Positions 31,888 to 41,607 of a stretch of 64,000 nucleotides of DNA are shown here, one piece after another. The notes beneath the pieces were generated by a model. That model searched no databases and was not told the origin of the DNA. It was given only the letters and a program-made list of their open reading frames with translations. Positions within the stretch are counted from its first letter, which is position 1, and each line of letters starts with the position of its first letter. The position numbers and the translations under genes are program-made. Source of the stretch: an uncultured Solirubrobacterales bacterium (lineage in GTDB: Bacteria > Actinomycetota > Thermoleophilia > Solirubrobacterales > Solirubrobacteraceae); the NCBI GenBank assembly GCA_963842205.1, contig CAWJFR010000005.1, positions 122,932-186,931 of the forward strand, read 5' to 3'.

Positions 31888-32594
31888 AGCGCCGCCACGT
31901 TCTCCTCCAAGACCGCGAGCGCTCGCTCGGCGTTCAGCACAGGCCCGTGGCCGGGGACGATGTGCTCGGCGGACGCGACCAGTGGGCGCAGGCGCTCGAG
32001 CGTGGCAAGGTAGGCCGCGACCGAGCTTCCCTCGCCGAGCTCGGGGGGCTCGACCGTCGATAGATAGTCGCCGACCACGAGCACGCACGCCCAGGGGATC
32101 CAGACGGCCATTCCGTCTGCGGTGTGGCCCTCAGCGGGGTGCAGCTCGAGCTCGAGCTCGCCGATCCCGCAGCGCCCGGGAACTGGAAACGGCTGGGCCT
32201 GACCGAGCATCAGGGGACGGGGGCGCTCTATATAGAGCCCCTTGTCGAACGCGCGCAGCTCCCTCTGGGCAGCGCCGGGCGCAGAGGCCAAGCGGGCCGA
32301 GGTGCTCTCCGCGCAGCCCAGCGCAACCCCCGGAAAAGCGAGCCGCCCCAGTAAGTGATCCCAGTCGCCGTGGGTCGCCAGCAGACCGCTCGGCGACGGG
32401 AAGCCGGACTGCTCGAGCAGCGTGGGCAGCGCATCGAGCTCGTCGGGTAGGACCGGGGAATCGATCACGAAGGCCTCACCGGGCCCCTCCCCCTTCCCCG
32501 CCTGATCGACCGGTCCACGAACGATCGTGCAGTTGGTCTGCCAGACCGCGCTGGTGGCGAGCAGCACATCGGGGTGCAGGGCGAGGGCCCGCAC
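31884..32594 (-). CDS. MBL-fold metallo-hydrolase
   Basis: THGDWDH, GHT, GD, PGHG. Confidence 0.85.
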   Translation of the reverse strand: MRALALHPDVLLATSAVWQTNCTIVRGPVDQAGKGEGPGEAFVIDSPVLPDELDALPTLLEQSGFPSPSGLLATHGDWDHLLGRLAFPGVALGCAESTSARLASAPGAAQRELRAFDKGLYIERPRPLMLGQAQPFPVPGRCGIGELELELHPAEGHTADGMAVWIPWACVLVVGDYLSTVEPPELGEGSSVAAYLATLERLRPLVASAEHIVPGHGPVLNAERALAVLEENVAAL

Positions 32595-32598
32595 CGGC

Positions 32599-33279
32599 TC
32601 AGGTGACGCCGAGCAGCTTGGCGGCCTCTTTGAGGTTGGATACCTCGGCCGTCGGTTTTTTCTGCGAGGAGTCCAGCGTCTCCTTGTTGCGGTTGACCCA
32701 GATCACGGGCACCCGCTGTTTCACGCATGGCGCTACGTCGTGGTAATGGCTGGCGGCGACATGCACCCAACCGCGCTTGCCGCCCATGCGCCTAGCGCAC
32801 TCGGTGAAGTGGGCTAGTTCGGGCTTGTACGAGCGCACCTGCTGGGCGGTCACGACCAGGTCGAAGTCGGTCGGGATGTGGCGGCGGGTCTGACCGAGCA
32901 GCTTGTCGTCGATGTTGGACAGCAGGCCAAGCTTGTATTTCTTTGAGAGCTTCTGCAGCTGGATATTGGTTTCCTTGAAGGGCCTCCAACGCTGCACCGA
33001 GTCGGGCAGGAAACCCGAGCGCGATGGCTCCAGGGCCCACTCCAGGCGCTTGGCGATCTCGATCGCGGTGCGGCGGAGCACCTCCGCGTAGAGCTCGTAG
33101 GAGCCGCCCTCGATCTCGCGCGAGATCTCGTGGAAGAGCGGAAGCAGCGCGTTGCGGTCGATCTCGAAGCCGTCGCGCTCGGCCTCTTTGGCGAAGGCTT
33201 CATAGATCCCGGTCTCCCAGTCGATCAGCGTGCCATAGACATCGAATGTGACGAATGTGACGTTTTTGGGAATCGGCAT
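32599..33279 (-). CDS. HAD-family hydrolase (haloacid dehalogenase type II-like)
   Basis: FDVYGTLIDW, LSNID, SYKP, HVAAS..HD; start re-called at ATG 33279. Confidence 0.85.
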   Translation of the reverse strand: MPIPKNVTFVTFDVYGTLIDWETGIYEAFAKEAERDGFEIDRNALLPLFHEISREIEGGSYELYAEVLRRTAIEIAKRLEWALEPSRSGFLPDSVQRWRPFKETNIQLQKLSKKYKLGLLSNIDDKLLGQTRRHIPTDFDLVVTAQQVRSYKPELAHFTECARRMGGKRGWVHVAASHYHDVAPCVKQRVPVIWVNRNKETLDSSQKKPTAEVSNLKEAAKLLGVT

Positions 33280-33382
33280 CGGGCGGGCATTATGACCTGC
33301 GGGGCATCCGCACGCGCTGACGTGGACATCCGCGTCCGAGCGGGGTCGCCTGAGCGGTCTTGCGTTAGAGTCCCGCGCCGCA

Positions 33383-34531
33383 ATGGACCTGCTCGAGTAC
33401 CAAGGCAAGCAGCTGTTCGCCCGCCACGGCCTGAGGGTGTCTGACGGCAAGGCCGTCACCACTGTGCAGGACGCCGTCGCCGCGGCGAACGAAATCGGCT
33501 ACCCCGTGGTCGTCAAGGCGCAGGTGCTGATCGGCGGGCGCGGCAAGGCTGGCGGCGTGAAGTTGGCGGCGGACGAGGTGCAGACGCGCGAGCACGCGAC
33601 GAACATCCTCGGGATGGACATCCATGGACATACGGTGCGCACGCTGTGGGTCGAGCACGCAAGTGACATCGCTACCGAGTACTACGCCTCGGTGCTGCTC
33701 GATCGCTCGGCCAAGCAGCCATTGATCATGTTCAGCGTCGAGGGTGGCGTGGAGATCGAAGAGGTTGCTGAGAAAACGCCCGAGAAGCTGATCCGCTATC
33801 ACGTCGACGCGCTGAAGGGCCTCTCACACGAGGAGGCGATGAGGATCGCCACCGACGGCAAGGCCGACGCCGATGTGGTGACGGGTGTCGCCGACGCGCT
33901 CGTGGCGTTGTATGAGGTGTGGCTCGATGAGGATGCGACACTCGCCGAGATCAACCCGCTGATCGTCACGCCGGAGCGCGAGGTCAAGGCACTCGACGCG
34001 AAGGTCTCGCTCGATGACAACGCGCTCTACCGCCACCCCGAGAACCAGAAGCTGGCCGACAAGGAGAACGAAGACCCGATCGAGCGCCGCGCGAAGGAAC
34101 AGGGCGTGCAGTACGTCAAGCTCGACGGCGACATCGGGATCCTCGGCAACGGCGCCGGCCTGGTGATGAGCACGCTCGACGTCGTCGCACAGGCCGGCGG
34201 CAAGCCGGCGAACTTCCTCGACGCCGGCGGCGGCTCGGACGCCGCGAAGATCAAGCAGGCGGTCGAGCTGATCCTGGCCAACGACTCAGTCAAGGCGGTC
34301 CTCTTCAACATCTTCGGCGGCATCACGCGCTGCGACGAGGTCGCCAAAGGCCTGATTGCGGCCTTTGAGGACCTCAAGCCGTCAGTCCCGTTCGTTGTAC
34401 GACTGGATGGCACCAACGACGTGGCCGGACGCGAGTTGCTGCAGGCAGCCGCGCTACCGAACGTGCACGCAGCCCGAACGATGAACGAGGCGGCCGAGAA
34501 GGTCGTCGCGCTGGCTGAAGGACGGAGCTGA
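33383..34531 (+). CDS. sucC: Succinyl-CoA ligase beta subunit
   Basis: MDLLEYQGK, KAQVLIGGRGKAGGV, EINPL, GNGAGL, NIFGGITRCD. Confidence 0.96.
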   Translation: MDLLEYQGKQLFARHGLRVSDGKAVTTVQDAVAAANEIGYPVVVKAQVLIGGRGKAGGVKLAADEVQTREHATNILGMDIHGHTVRTLWVEHASDIATEYYASVLLDRSAKQPLIMFSVEGGVEIEEVAEKTPEKLIRYHVDALKGLSHEEAMRIATDGKADADVVTGVADALVALYEVWLDEDATLAEINPLIVTPEREVKALDAKVSLDDNALYRHPENQKLADKENEDPIERRAKEQGVQYVKLDGDIGILGNGAGLVMSTLDVVAQAGGKPANFLDAGGGSDAAKIKQAVELILANDSVKAVLFNIFGGITRCDEVAKGLIAAFEDLKPSVPFVVRLDGTNDVAGRELLQAAALPNVHAARTMNEAAEKVVALAEGRS

Positions 34532-35406
34532 TGTCGGTGCTCGTCGACAAGAACACGCGGCTCGCGGTCGCCGGGATCACGGGCAAAGAGGGCGCTTTCC
34601 ATACCCTGAACAACCGGCGCTACGGCACGAACGTGGTCGGCGGCGTGACACCAGGCAAGGGCGGACAGGACGTCGAGGGCATCCCCGTGTTCAACTCATG
34701 GGCACAGGCGGCAGAGAGCGTCCAGCCGAACACCGCGATGATCTTCGTGCCTCCGCGGTTCGCAGCCGATTCGATCCTCGAGGCTGCGGCGGTTGGCGTC
34801 GAGCTGGTTATCGCGATCACTGAGGGTATCCCCGCACACGACGAGCTGCGTGTCTACAACACGCTCAAGCGCGACCATCCCGGAACGCGCCTGATCGGTC
34901 CAAACTGCCCGGGGATCCTGTCGCCCAGCAAGGCCAACGTCGGCATCATCCCGGCGTCGTTCTTCGAGGAGGGAAACGTAGGCGTGGTGTCGCGCTCGGG
35001 CACGCTGACCTACCAGATCGGCAACGAGATCGCCCAGGCTGGTTTTGGCTGTAGCTCGATCGTCGGCATCGGCGGGGACCCCGTGCCGGGATCGTCGTTC
35101 GTGGACGTGATCGAGCTGTTCGAGAAGGACGAGCAGACCGAGCTGATCGTACTCTCCGGGGAGATCGGCGGCTCAGCCGAGGAGGAGGCCGCCGAGTACA
35201 TCGCCGAGCACGTCACCAAGCCCGTGGTCGCCTACATCGCCGGCTTCACCGCTCCGGCCGGCAAGCAGATGGGTCATGCCGGGGCGATCGTCTCTGGATC
35301 GGCGGGCACCGCGGCCGCAAAGGCGCAGGCGCTGGAAGCAAAGGGCGTCCGCGTGGGGCGCACCCCGACCGAGGTAGCGGAGATCGCGGTAACGCAGCTA
35401 CGCTAG
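34531..35406 (+). CDS. sucD: Succinyl-CoA ligase alpha subunit
   Basis: GVTPGKGG, GPNCPG, SRSGTLTY, MGHAGA. Confidence 0.96.
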   Translation: MSVLVDKNTRLAVAGITGKEGAFHTLNNRRYGTNVVGGVTPGKGGQDVEGIPVFNSWAQAAESVQPNTAMIFVPPRFAADSILEAAAVGVELVIAITEGIPAHDELRVYNTLKRDHPGTRLIGPNCPGILSPSKANVGIIPASFFEEGNVGVVSRSGTLTYQIGNEIAQAGFGCSSIVGIGGDPVPGSSFVDVIELFEKDEQTELIVLSGEIGGSAEEEAAEYIAEHVTKPVVAYIAGFTAPAGKQMGHAGAIVSGSAGTAAAKAQALEAKGVRVGRTPTEVAEIAVTQLR

Positions 35407-35410
35407 GGCA

Positions 35411-37015
35411 GTGGATCAGGAGGTTGCGAAGACGCTGGGCGAGCTGGAGCGCAAGCTGCAGGAGCTGGAGCGCACCTTGACCTCGATTGATCGCGGCGAG
35501 GAACCCGGCGACGACGCCCCTCAAAGTGTTGGCCACAACCCCTCAGCTCTGACAGCCACGGGGCGGCCCAGCGTTGGCCGACCTCTGATTGGTGGTCGGC
35601 TGGTCGATGAGGCGATCGAGCGCACCGAGCCCCCCGCGGGCCATACACCGTCCACCACGGCAGGGGAGCCCATCTGGGTGCGACCGTCCACGGCGGGGCA
35701 ACCGGAGCAACTCAGCCAGGTGGCGCAACCTCAACAGCCTCCAGCACCCCTGCGGTCTCCACAATCCACATCTCCCCCTCGATCTCCCAAGCCACCAGAG
35801 GCGCGGACGCCGAGCGCCGAGGAGCTGCTGCGCTTCCGCGACCGGTTGGAGCACACCGCCCGCGAGCTGACCCAGGAATATGACGAGCTGCTCGGGCGCA
35901 TAAGCTTCGCCGCCGTGCCCAGCCCACACGTCGGCCCAACTATCTCATTCGCACGCGGTGCGCCCTCGCTCGACATCATCGACGTGGAGGGCCTACGCGC
36001 CGCGGCAATCCGCGCGTTCGAGAGCGACCCAGCGGGCACGACCGCCTACGGCACCTCGGTCGGCTACCCGCGGTTGCGCGCTTGGATCGCGGATCGGCAC
36101 AGCGTCGAGCCCGAGTGCGTGCTCGTAACCAACGGTTCTATGCAGGCTGATGCGTTCCTGTTCGAACAGCTCGTGGGGGCCGGCGACGAGGTGATCGTGG
36201 AGCGCCCAACGTACGACCGCACGCTGCTGTCGCTGCGTGAGCGCGGCGCGCGCCTGCACGCGGTCGAACTCGAGCCCGACGGAATCGACACGGACGCCCT
36301 CGCTGGTCTGTTGCGCGGCGCCGAGGCGATACGGCCACAGCTGGCCCACATCATCCCCAACTTCCAGAACCCCGCCGGGTACACGCTCTCGCCGGCCAAG
36401 CGCCAGGCGCTGCTCGCACTGGCCGCGGAGCACAACTTCTGGGTGTTCGAGGATGACCCATACGTCGACCTGCGCTTCAGCGGCCAGACACTGCCGACGA
36501 TGCTCTCGATGGACCCCGAGCACGTGGTGTACGCCTCGTCGTTCTCGAAGACGGTGTGCCCTGGAATCCGCGTCGGCTATCTCGTTGGGCCGCGAGACCT
36601 GATCGCGGCGGTGGCGAAACTTGCGACCAACACGTACATCTCACCGAGTATGGTGGCGCAATCGATCGTGTACGAGTTCTGCGCCTCGGGCGCGATCGAC
36701 AGCTCGATCGAGACGGTCAGGACCGCACTCGCAAAGCGCGCGGTGACGCTGGATGTGGCGCTGCGGCGCGAGCTGCCAGAGGCCGAGTTTGTCCCACCGG
36801 AAGGCGGTTACTTCATGTGGTTGACGCTGCCCGCGGGCACCGATGTGCACGCTCTGCACAATGCTGCCGCCGAGCGCGGAGTGTCGTTCGTGAAGGGCAC
36901 CGACTTCCTGCTGGAGGGCGGCGAGAACACCCTGAGGCTGGCCTATTCGGGCGTCACACCCGAGCAGATCGACGAGGGCGTGGCGCGGCTGGCGGAGGCC
37001 TACCGCTCGCTCTAA
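35411..37015 (+). CDS. PLP-dependent class I/II aminotransferase with a ~170-aa N-terminal coiled-coil/low-complexity extension (possible second start GTG 35915)
   Basis: ISFARGAP, FQNPAG, EDDPY, SSFSKTVCPGIRVG; N-terminus LGELERKLQELE plus a P/Q/S-rich linker. Confidence 0.85.
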   Translation: MDQEVAKTLGELERKLQELERTLTSIDRGEEPGDDAPQSVGHNPSALTATGRPSVGRPLIGGRLVDEAIERTEPPAGHTPSTTAGEPIWVRPSTAGQPEQLSQVAQPQQPPAPLRSPQSTSPPRSPKPPEARTPSAEELLRFRDRLEHTARELTQEYDELLGRISFAAVPSPHVGPTISFARGAPSLDIIDVEGLRAAAIRAFESDPAGTTAYGTSVGYPRLRAWIADRHSVEPECVLVTNGSMQADAFLFEQLVGAGDEVIVERPTYDRTLLSLRERGARLHAVELEPDGIDTDALAGLLRGAEAIRPQLAHIIPNFQNPAGYTLSPAKRQALLALAAEHNFWVFEDDPYVDLRFSGQTLPTMLSMDPEHVVYASSFSKTVCPGIRVGYLVGPRDLIAAVAKLATNTYISPSMVAQSIVYEFCASGAIDSSIETVRTALAKRAVTLDVALRRELPEAEFVPPEGGYFMWLTLPAGTDVHALHNAAAERGVSFVKGTDFLLEGGENTLRLAYSGVTPEQIDEGVARLAEAYRSL

Positions 37016-37016
37016 C

Positions 37017-37082
37017 CTGACGTGCGAATGCCAGCGTCTGACTGTGTCCTCGGTCGTGCCACGCTTGGCCTTCGTACGTCAG
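37017..37082. terminator. Long hairpin between convergent genes (putative bidirectional terminator)
   Basis: CTGACGTGCGAA...TTCGTACGTCAG outer stem with inner GCCAGCGT/ACGCTTGGC. Confidence 0.6.
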
Positions 37083-37085
37083 TGA

Positions 37086-37808
37086 CTATCTACCGTAGCG
37101 TTGCCCCAACACCAACTGCTCCGGGAGGGCGGTGCGAGTGGGTGGTGAGGGATCGGCGGTCACCGAGACGGTCTCGGCGACACTCGGGGTTACCGTGCAG
37201 TCGCGGCCGTCCGTCGTCTGGAGCACCACCTGCTCGTCATCGCGCACCGCCAGGGTGCCCTCCAGTCCCGGCTCGAGGCCAGAGCCCTTGAGGTAGTGCA
37301 ACAGATCCTCCGCCTCGTTCTCAAAGCGCAGCACCTTTACCGATGCGCCGATCACCACGTCGGCAAGAGGCACGCCGGCCAGGCGCGCGCCGGCGACGAT
37401 CGGGTGGCCATGGGGGCAGGTCTTCGCGTCGCCGATCGCCGCGAGCATGCGCTCCTCGAGCACCGGGGACATCGCGTGCTCCAAACGCTCGGCCTCCTCG
37501 TGCACCTCATCCCAGGGAACGCCGAGGACATCGGTGAGAAAGCGCTCGATCAGGCGGTGACGGCGCACTATACCCTCGGCGTGCTCTGCGCCGAGGACTG
37601 TGAAGGCGATCGTCCGGTCCTTGTCGCGGGTGATGTAACCGTCGCGCTCCAGCCGCCCGACCATCTCGTGGACCGTGGGCGCCGACAGCTGCATCGCGCG
37701 CGCGACGTTCGCGCCGGTCATCGGCAGGCCGGCCTCCTGCAACCAGAAGAGGCTCTGTAAGTACTCCTCCTCGGCGACAGTCGCCGTTGCTGCGCTCTCG
37801 CTGGTCAT
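37086..37808 (-). CDS. DtxR/MntR-family metal-dependent regulator with FeoA-like domain
   Basis: EEYL, SAPTVHEMV, RRHRLIERFL, HEEAERLEH, CPHGHPI. Confidence 0.92.
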   Translation of the reverse strand: MTSESAATATVAEEEYLQSLFWLQEAGLPMTGANVARAMQLSAPTVHEMVGRLERDGYITRDKDRTIAFTVLGAEHAEGIVRRHRLIERFLTDVLGVPWDEVHEEAERLEHAMSPVLEERMLAAIGDAKTCPHGHPIVAGARLAGVPLADVVIGASVKVLRFENEAEDLLHYLKGSGLEPGLEGTLAVRDDEQVVLQTTDGRDCTVTPSVAETVSVTADPSPPTRTALPEQLVLGQRYGR

Positions 37809-38767
37809 TGGCGCAACTGATCATAGGTGCACTGAATCGGGTCCTTGTCCGCGCGCCAACGTCGCAGCTTGGCGCCATGGCGGATGCGCCCGGCGGAGAC
37901 GTGGTCGAAGTCGATCTCGATTACCAGCTCGGGGCGCAGACCGACCCACTCGAGATCCTTGCCGGCGCTCCAGCGGCTGGGGTCGGCCGAGCCACGCTCT
38001 CCCGACTCATATGGGGCGAAGAAGCCGACTAACCGCCGCTTCTCAGATGCGGACAAACCGGAGCAGTGTCCGACGACGCGCAGCTCTGGACCGTCGTATA
38101 GACCGAGGATCAGCGCGCCGACAGTGTCGGGCTCCTTGCCGGGACGCCAGCCGACGAGCACAACATCGATCGTACGCACGCGCTTGACCTTGAACGTGCC
38201 CTTGCGCTCGCCGGGACGGTAGGGCGCAGAGAGCTCCTTGGCGATCGCGCCCTCGGCGTGCTCGAGCCACCGCTGGGCCTCTTGCTCGGTCGCGACCGTT
38301 TCCATCAGCTCGACCGGCGCGCCGACGAACATCCCATCCACGAGCAGCTCCTGCAGCGCGGCGCGGCGCTCGGACAGGGGCCGCTCCAGCAGCGACTCGC
38401 CCCCTCGGGCAAGCAGGTCGAAGACCACGTAGACGGCTGGGGTCTCGACGGACAGGCGCTCGATGCGGGAGGCGGCCGGGTGGATGCGCTGGCCGAGCGC
38501 GTCGAAGTCCTCATGGCCGTCCTCGCCGCGAACGACGATCTCGCCGTCGAGCACGTAGCGACCTCGCGGGAGCACCAGCTCGGGGAAGTAGCGCCCGAGT
38601 GGCTTGGCGGAGCGCGACTGCAGGAACACCTCCTCATCGTCGACGAACGCCAGGCAGCGGAATCCGTCGAGCTTGATCTCGTAGGAAAGGTCCTCGCCGA
38701 CAGGCAGGGCCTTGCGCGAGAGGGCCAGCTGGGGCTTGATCGGTGGAGATAGGGGCAGCGGGCTCAT
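37805..38767 (-). CDS. ligC: ATP-dependent DNA ligase (LigC type)
   Basis: YEIKLDGFR, LDGEIV, FDLL, EGAIAK, YRPGER, SRW, RHG..RWR.DK. Confidence 0.88.
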   Translation of the reverse strand: MSPLPLSPPIKPQLALSRKALPVGEDLSYEIKLDGFRCLAFVDDEEVFLQSRSAKPLGRYFPELVLPRGRYVLDGEIVVRGEDGHEDFDALGQRIHPAASRIERLSVETPAVYVVFDLLARGGESLLERPLSERRAALQELLVDGMFVGAPVELMETVATEQEAQRWLEHAEGAIAKELSAPYRPGERKGTFKVKRVRTIDVVLVGWRPGKEPDTVGALILGLYDGPELRVVGHCSGLSASEKRRLVGFFAPYESGERGSADPSRWSAGKDLEWVGLRPELVIEIDFDHVSAGRIRHGAKLRRWRADKDPIQCTYDQLRQ

Positions 38768-39825
38768 CGTCGCGCGCGGCTTGGCTGGACGCGCGTGGGC
38801 TCTCCGGGCATCTTCGGATAGTCGGGCGGGTAGGGCATATCCTTCCGGCCCTCAGCGAGGTCGCGCTCATACATCTCGAGCAGTGGCTCGAGTGAGTGGG
38901 CGGTGTCGTCGATGGCGGCGTGACGATCGCCCACCTCGGCGAACCTGGCGGGCATGCTCGCCACCGTGAAGTCCTCTGGCACCACATGCTCGAGCTCCTC
39001 CCAGGCCAGGGGCGCGGAAACTGGCGCCCCCGGCTTCGGCCGCACGCTGTAAGCGGACGCGATCGTGCGGTCACGTGCGTTCTGGTTGTAGTCGACGAAG
39101 ATCCGCTCGCCGCGCTCCTCCTTCCACCAGTTGGTCGTCACCTGGCCCGGCAGGCGTCGCTCGAGCTCACGACCAAAAGCGATCGCGGCGTGGCGCATGT
39201 CGGTGAACGTCCAGCGCGGCTCTATGCGGGCATAGATGTGGACCCCCCGACCGCCGGAGGTCTTGGGGAACCCGATATATCCCAACTCCTCAAGCAGCGC
39301 GCGCGCCTCCGCGGCAACGCGGACCGCGTCAGCGAAATCGGTGCCCTCCTGTGGATCGAGGTCGATGCGCAGCTCGTCGGGATGGTTGGGGTCCTCGCGG
39401 CGGACCGGCCACGGGTGAAAAGTGATCGTGCCCATCTGCGCGGCCCAGCCGACAACCGCTATCTCCGTCGGGCAGACCTCATCGGCGGTACGGCCCGACG
39501 GAAACTCGATCGTCGCGGTCTGCACGTACTCGGGTGCCCCACGTGGGATGCGCTTTTGAAAGAACGCGTCGCCGCCGCCTTTCTCGCGTGTCGAGAGCAC
39601 GATTCCCGGGTGCACCCCCTTCGGCCAGCGCTCGAGCGTCGTCGGCCGCCGCAGAAGTGCCCGCATGATGCCGTCCCCGACAGCGAGGTAGTAGTTGACT
39701 AAGTCGAGCTTGGTGACGGCGCGGGAGCGCTCGGTCGACGGGAAGATCACGCGATCAGCGTTCGACACGCGCAAATCGCGCCCGCAGACATCGATGATCG
39801 TGTGCTCACCCTTCTTCCCGGCCAT
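38764..39825 (-). CDS. AEP primase/polymerase (LigD-Pol/PrimPolC-like)
   Basis: FFQKR, IDLDP, KTSGGRGVH, WKEERG, DYNQN. Confidence 0.9.
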   Translation of the reverse strand: MAGKKGEHTIIDVCGRDLRVSNADRVIFPSTERSRAVTKLDLVNYYLAVGDGIMRALLRRPTTLERWPKGVHPGIVLSTREKGGGDAFFQKRIPRGAPEYVQTATIEFPSGRTADEVCPTEIAVVGWAAQMGTITFHPWPVRREDPNHPDELRIDLDPQEGTDFADAVRVAAEARALLEELGYIGFPKTSGGRGVHIYARIEPRWTFTDMRHAAIAFGRELERRLPGQVTTNWWKEERGERIFVDYNQNARDRTIASAYSVRPKPGAPVSAPLAWEELEHVVPEDFTVASMPARFAEVGDRHAAIDDTAHSLEPLLEMYERDLAEGRKDMPYPPDYPKMPGEPTRVQPSRARR

Positions 39826-39892
39826 GGCTTGAAAGGATGCCCGATCGACTCAAAGCTGGCAGCCGGGACACCAGTAGACATCTCCTGTAAGG

Positions 39893-40342
39893 ATGCCCGA
39901 CGTGGTGATCCCGCAATCCGCGCTGATCGCGTCTGGGCCGTTTGGAGATGCGTTGAGCGCCGAACATGTCGCGCTGGCCATAGCGCAGGGCTTGCGCGCG
40001 GGCGGAGCGCCGGAGCCTGATTTGTGTCCGATCTCCGTCGATCAGGGACAAGCATCGGATGTGGGAGCGCTACTGGAGGGGCTCAACTTCGATGTACGTA
40101 TGCGCCGAGCGCGCGCGGTCATTCTGGGAGAGCGGCAGCTCGAGGAGCACGCGCTGAGGGGGAGTGTGGCGTTTGAGATCGCCACCCGGGCCCGTCAGGC
40201 GGGCGTGCCTGCCTACGCGGTGACCGGCTCCAACGCGCTTGATCTGTTCGACGCGCGCATCCTCGACCTGCAGGTCGTCGTGCAGGCGGGCAGCCGAAGA
40301 GCGCTCGTGGCGGCGGGCAGGAGGCTGGCTCAGGTGCTCTGA
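39893..40342 (+). CDS. Short glycerate-kinase-like protein lacking the central domain
   Basis: N-terminus (FGDALSAEHVALAIAQGL..CPI) and C-terminus (VILGE..L.G..ATRARQAGVP..AVTG) resemble the two ends of GlxK. Confidence 0.55.
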   Translation: MPDVVIPQSALIASGPFGDALSAEHVALAIAQGLRAGGAPEPDLCPISVDQGQASDVGALLEGLNFDVRMRRARAVILGERQLEEHALRGSVAFEIATRARQAGVPAYAVTGSNALDLFDARILDLQVVVQAGSRRALVAAGRRLAQVL

Positions 40343-41607
40343 GCCGCGGCGTCGGTGGTGAGTGACCGCGCCAGCTCGTACACCAGGCGGGTCGCGTCGG
40401 CGACCGTGCCGAAGTCGAGGTTCGCGGGCACGTCGCTGGGCAGGTGGTAGTTGGCGAGGCTGTGCCAGTCGGTGAGCGACACAAGCGTTGCGGTCGGGTA
40501 GCCGGCGCGGCTGGGGATCACGCTGTCGGTCGACGCCCGCGCGCGGAAGCCGCGCTCCAGCGGGATGTCGAGCTGCCGGGCGCGCTCAGCGATCAACTCG
40601 CGCAGCCAGGCGCCGGCGTACTCCTCCATCCATACCGGCCCCTCGCCCTCGAGCATGACGAGGTGCGGCGAGCCGACGGTGTCGAGGTTGACGAAGCACG
40701 TTCGCGCCGGCGCGAGCTCATGGCGATGACTGGCGATGAACGCACGGACGCCGTCCTGCAAAGTCTCCTCCGCCCCACACGACACCAGCAGCACGCGCAG
40801 GCCCGGCAACGGGTGCTCGCGCAGCAGCTCCGCGAACGCCACCAGCGTGGCGACGCCAGACAGATTGTCGTTGGCGCCCGGGACAGTCTGACTGCGCCAG
40901 ACATCGATCACGACGGCGCCGGCGAGCATGCCGATCGCAATCGCCGCCCACGCCGGCGCGCGTCGTCGGCCAAGAGCCGCGGCGATCGTGCATAGCGGTC
41001 CCGCCAATCCGATCCACCACTGCGGCGGGGAGGTCTTCATCCGCTCGATCAGCTGCGGTGAGAGCTCGTGCAGCCGGCGCTGGAGCGTCTGGTCGAAGAT
41101 GAACCCCGTCTGCGGGGCATCATGGTGGGCGAGGACCACGAGCGTGTCGACCTCGCGTCCGCCGGGCGCCGTCTCGCGCCCGTCCGACGCCGGCCCGCCA
41201 TTGTTGTTCAGCGCCACTGCGCCTTTGCCAGCACGGGCCACGACGTTGACGGTAGTGCGGCGGCGGCGGACGGCTCGCCGCACCAGGCGGGGTCCGTTCT
41301 GGGCCTCATCGACGATCCCCGCGAAGCTCGCCGCCGCGAGCAGCGCCCCGATCCGTCTAAAAGTGCCCAGGAGGAGTGCGGCCCCGGCGATTCCCATCAG
41401 TCCCAGCGCCGCGGAGGTGGGCGGGAAGATGCCCCAGGAAGGCTCGTCCTCCAATTGCGACTCGACTCCCGGGACGGAGCTCAGACGCGCGTGCAACCAC
41501 TCGGCCGCCTCGCGCTCACCCGGAGAGCAGGGCGTGCGATCGAGCGGGGCCAGCGTCTCGACGACCTCGCGCAGCGTTGCCTCTAGTGGGTCTGTAGCGG
41601 GGCTCAC
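40330..41607 (-). CDS. M28-family peptidase with membrane helices
   Basis: LAHHDA, GANDNLSG, GAEE, NLDTVG, NYHLPSD; GTG 41607 coupled to the upstream stop. Confidence 0.85.
   Translation of the reverse strand: MSPATDPLEATLREVVETLAPLDRTPCSPGEREAAEWLHARLSSVPGVESQLEDEPSWGIFPPTSAALGLMGIAGAALLLGTFRRIGALLAAASFAGIVDEAQNGPRLVRRAVRRRRTTVNVVARAGKGAVALNNNGGPASDGRETAPGGREVDTLVVLAHHDAPQTGFIFDQTLQRRLHELSPQLIERMKTSPPQWWIGLAGPLCTIAAALGRRRAPAWAAIAIGMLAGAVVIDVWRSQTVPGANDNLSGVATLVAFAELLREHPLPGLRVLLVSCGAEETLQDGVRAFIASHRHELAPARTCFVNLDTVGSPHLVMLEGEGPVWMEEYAGAWLRELIAERARQLDIPLERGFRARASTDSVIPSRAGYPTATLVSLTDWHSLANYHLPSDVPANLDFGTVADATRLVYELARSLTTDAAAQST

Noticed and set aside
37805-39825. LigC/PrimPol as a phage, defence or NHEJ island
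   Set aside because: Common chromosomal repair pair in actinobacteria; no Ku, integrase or compositional shift nearby
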